A DNA stretch of 62,244 bases, the filler included, from Malassezia furfur (lineage: Eukaryota): the NCBI GenBank assembly GCA_052055015.1. It is 24 parts of 24 records of this genome, joined end to end, with 100 filler letters (N's around TTAATTAATTAA, not from the genome) between each part and the next. Parts side by side here need not be neighbours in the genome. Positions count along the whole stretch, not along the records: positions 59,807 to 62,244 come from JBQJIT010000913.1; 23 more parts are not named here. One strand, written 5' to 3'. A model generated the notes under the pieces. The model was not told where the DNA came from. It made no database searches and saw only the letters and a program-made list of their open reading frames with translations. Shown here in pieces: positions 59,976 through 62,244 of the stretch (the first letter of the stretch is position 1; every line of letters begins with the position of its first letter). A program made the translations under genes and the position numbers.

Positions 59976-62244
59976 CGATCCCTTCCCAGTCGACGTCGGC
60001 CACGTATACGCACTGCCGGACGACGAGATGCGCAGGCCGCTCGCGATTTCCGCGTCGTCCGAGTCGTCGCTCAGGTTCGCGATGCGGTCCGAGGAGCGGC
60101 TCGCGACAGGCACGTCGTCCTCCGCGTCGCTGCCCTCGCGATGCTCGTCGCGCCGCGTGCGCCGCAGCTCGTTGGCACTGCAGAATGCCAGCGTGGTCTG
60201 CTGCGAGCCGTGCGGCTTGGCGGCCGGCGCCTTTTTCGTGCGCTTGGTCTTGGCGCGCGCCGGCGCCGCGCGCTGCAGCGGGCGCGGATCGAACGGCGGC
60301 TGCTCGACCTCGCACATGACGGGCTCGGGCCGGATCTCGGGCGGGACGAGGCGGCTGACGTCGGTGTACAGCTCGATGATGTTGGCGGAGCGCACGAGGC
60401 GCTGCACGCTCTTGTACGAGTCCTTGGAGTGCTGCCAGTTGTGCTCCTCGCGTCCCTCGGTCATGAGCACGACGATGCGTCCGTCACGCATGCGCCCCGT
60501 GCGGCCGACGCGCTGGAGCGCACGCACCGAGTCGCGCACCGCCTCGTAGCACACGATCAGGTCGACCTCGCCGATGTCGAGGCCCTCCTCGCCGATCGAG
60601 GTCGCGACGAGCACCTGGAACGTGCCCTTCTGGAAGTCGGTGAGGATCTGCTCCTGGACCTTTTGCGTGAAGCCGCGGTTGCCCTTCTTGTCGGTGGCCT
60701 GCCCGATGAACGGCGTGGCGCGCAGGCCGTGCGCCTGGAGCAGCGCGACGATCTCGGTGACCACCTCGCGGTACGAGCAGAACACCATGACGCGCGTCGA
60801 CGCGTGCGCCGCGACGTGCTCCTGGAGCACGCCGAGGAGCGCGTGCATCTTGGGGTGCACGAGGTCGTCCTGGACGCCCTCAAGCGCGAGTGCGTACGCC
60901 TGGAACGCGGGGTTGCGCGGCGAGAACACCTGGTCCTTCTTGGCGCCGCCCTTGCTCGGCGCCGTGATCGCCTGCGCGCGGTCGCAGAACACGCGCACCG
61001 ACTCTTCCGCGAGGTACTGCAGCGCGAGCGCCATGTTGGACAGCTGCGTGAGGCTGCCGCGCAGGTAGGGCTTCTCGGCGAGGATCGCGCGGCCGTGCGC
61101 GTCGTTCGCGGCCGCACGCACCGCGAACGAGCGCAGCGCGCCCGTGTCGGCATTGCGCAGCACGCCGTGCTTGAGCAGCGGGTCGTGGAAGGTGCGCATC
61201 AGCGCCACCCACGCGGCGCGCAGGTGGCCGACCGCGTCGCCGAGCGGCACGCGCACGAGCTGCTCGTGCTTCGTGTGCAGGTAGGGCTGGATGTCGAGTG
61301 CGTCCTCGGTGCGGATCTCGATGCGGTTGATGTGCAGGTTGTTGACGACCTCCTGCACCTTGTCGGCGTGGCTGCCCGGCGTCGCGGTGAGCGCCAGGAC
61401 GCGGAAGTGCGGGTTGTGGTACATGAGGTGGCGGATCACCTTGCAGTACGCATAGTTGCCCGTCGCGCGGTGCGCCTCGTCGACCACGACGCACACCACG
61501 TCGCGGGGGTCGCACGTCGTGGACAGCAGGTCGTTCTCGAACGTCTGCGGCGTCATGTAAAAGATGCGCTTCGTCTGCCACTCGTCGTCGCGCAGCGCGC
61601 GCCGCGTGCTGCCCGTGAGCTCGATCGCCGTGTCCCACGGGAGGCCGCAGATGCTGTGGCACGCCTGCTGCTGCTGCGTCACGAGCGGGCGCGTGGGGGC
61701 GACAAAGATGACTGCGTCAGCGCGGCACGTACTCTTTCCCTCGGGGAACCAGCGGAACATGTTAAGGATCACGACCGCCGCGATGAACGTCTTGCCGAGG
61801 CCCGTCGGCAGCGCGACGAGCACGTTGTGAAAGAGCGCCTTTTGCACAATGTTCAGCTGGTAGGTGCGCAGCGGCTTGTTCACGGGGTAGATCCACGTCT
61901 GCGCCGCGGCGCGGTCGATCGCCAGCTTCATGGGGCGCTCGGCGGGCGGCGACGGGAGCGGCGCGCGCCGCTCGTACAGCACGTCGGCGTCGTCGTCGCC
62001 GGTCGGCTTCGTGACGCGGTTGCCGTGGACAAAGATGCTGTGGTCCCACACCTTGACGGCGGCCCACGCAAAGCCGCCCGTGCTCGCGGACGGCGGGGCC
62101 GGCGCGACCGACAACGTGCCCTGCGACGACTCGACGGCCGTGGGGGGGGTATACGAGTGGCCCCACAGGCCCTGCTGGGTGAGGCCCGCGGGCGACGACG
62201 CGGGGTGCGACGTGCGGGCGGGCGCGGCGAGGGCGGGCGCCTTG
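59807..62244 (-). CDS. MPH1: FANCM-family DEAH helicase Mph1 (partial)
   Basis: LPTGLGKT, VDEAHRATG, LALTATPG, ATSIGEEGLDI and QRVGRTGR. A 21-nt intron at 61712-61732 restores GKIIFVAPT. Confidence 0.95.

Overview
This window is not one locus. It is 24 unrelated contigs of about 2.4-2.5 kb, sorted by decreasing length and joined by an artificial 100-nt spacer (N44-TTAATTAATTAA-N44). The DNA is eukaryotic, very GC-rich and gene-dense, most consistent with a Malassezia-like basidiomycete yeast (inference from gene content, tiny introns and tiny intergenic regions). It holds about 50 complete or partial housekeeping genes, including DBF2, GCV1, FIG4, MMS19, RPL40, REI1, MSS1, LEU5, LTA4H, MOD5, HIS3, WSS1, UBC4, DOT5, NEDD8, urease, CUL3, BLM10, SEC18, CAC2, DNM1, PSF1 and MPH1. 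No rRNA, tRNA, CRISPR or transposon is recognisable. Main observations: (1) The tRNA isopentenyltransferase (MOD5) reading frame has no start codon of its own and begins at a 3' splice site that is in phase with the last donor of the upstream leukotriene A4 hydrolase gene. This implies an alternatively spliced LTA4H-MOD5 fusion or a shared exon. (2) About 44 hand-called spliceosomal introns have a mode and apparent floor of 21 nt, and all four NEDD8 introns are exactly 21 nt. (3) Compaction is extreme, with 38-56 nt bidirectional promoters and overlapping stop codons. All intron and gene calls are by eye and need RNA-seq and homology confirmation.
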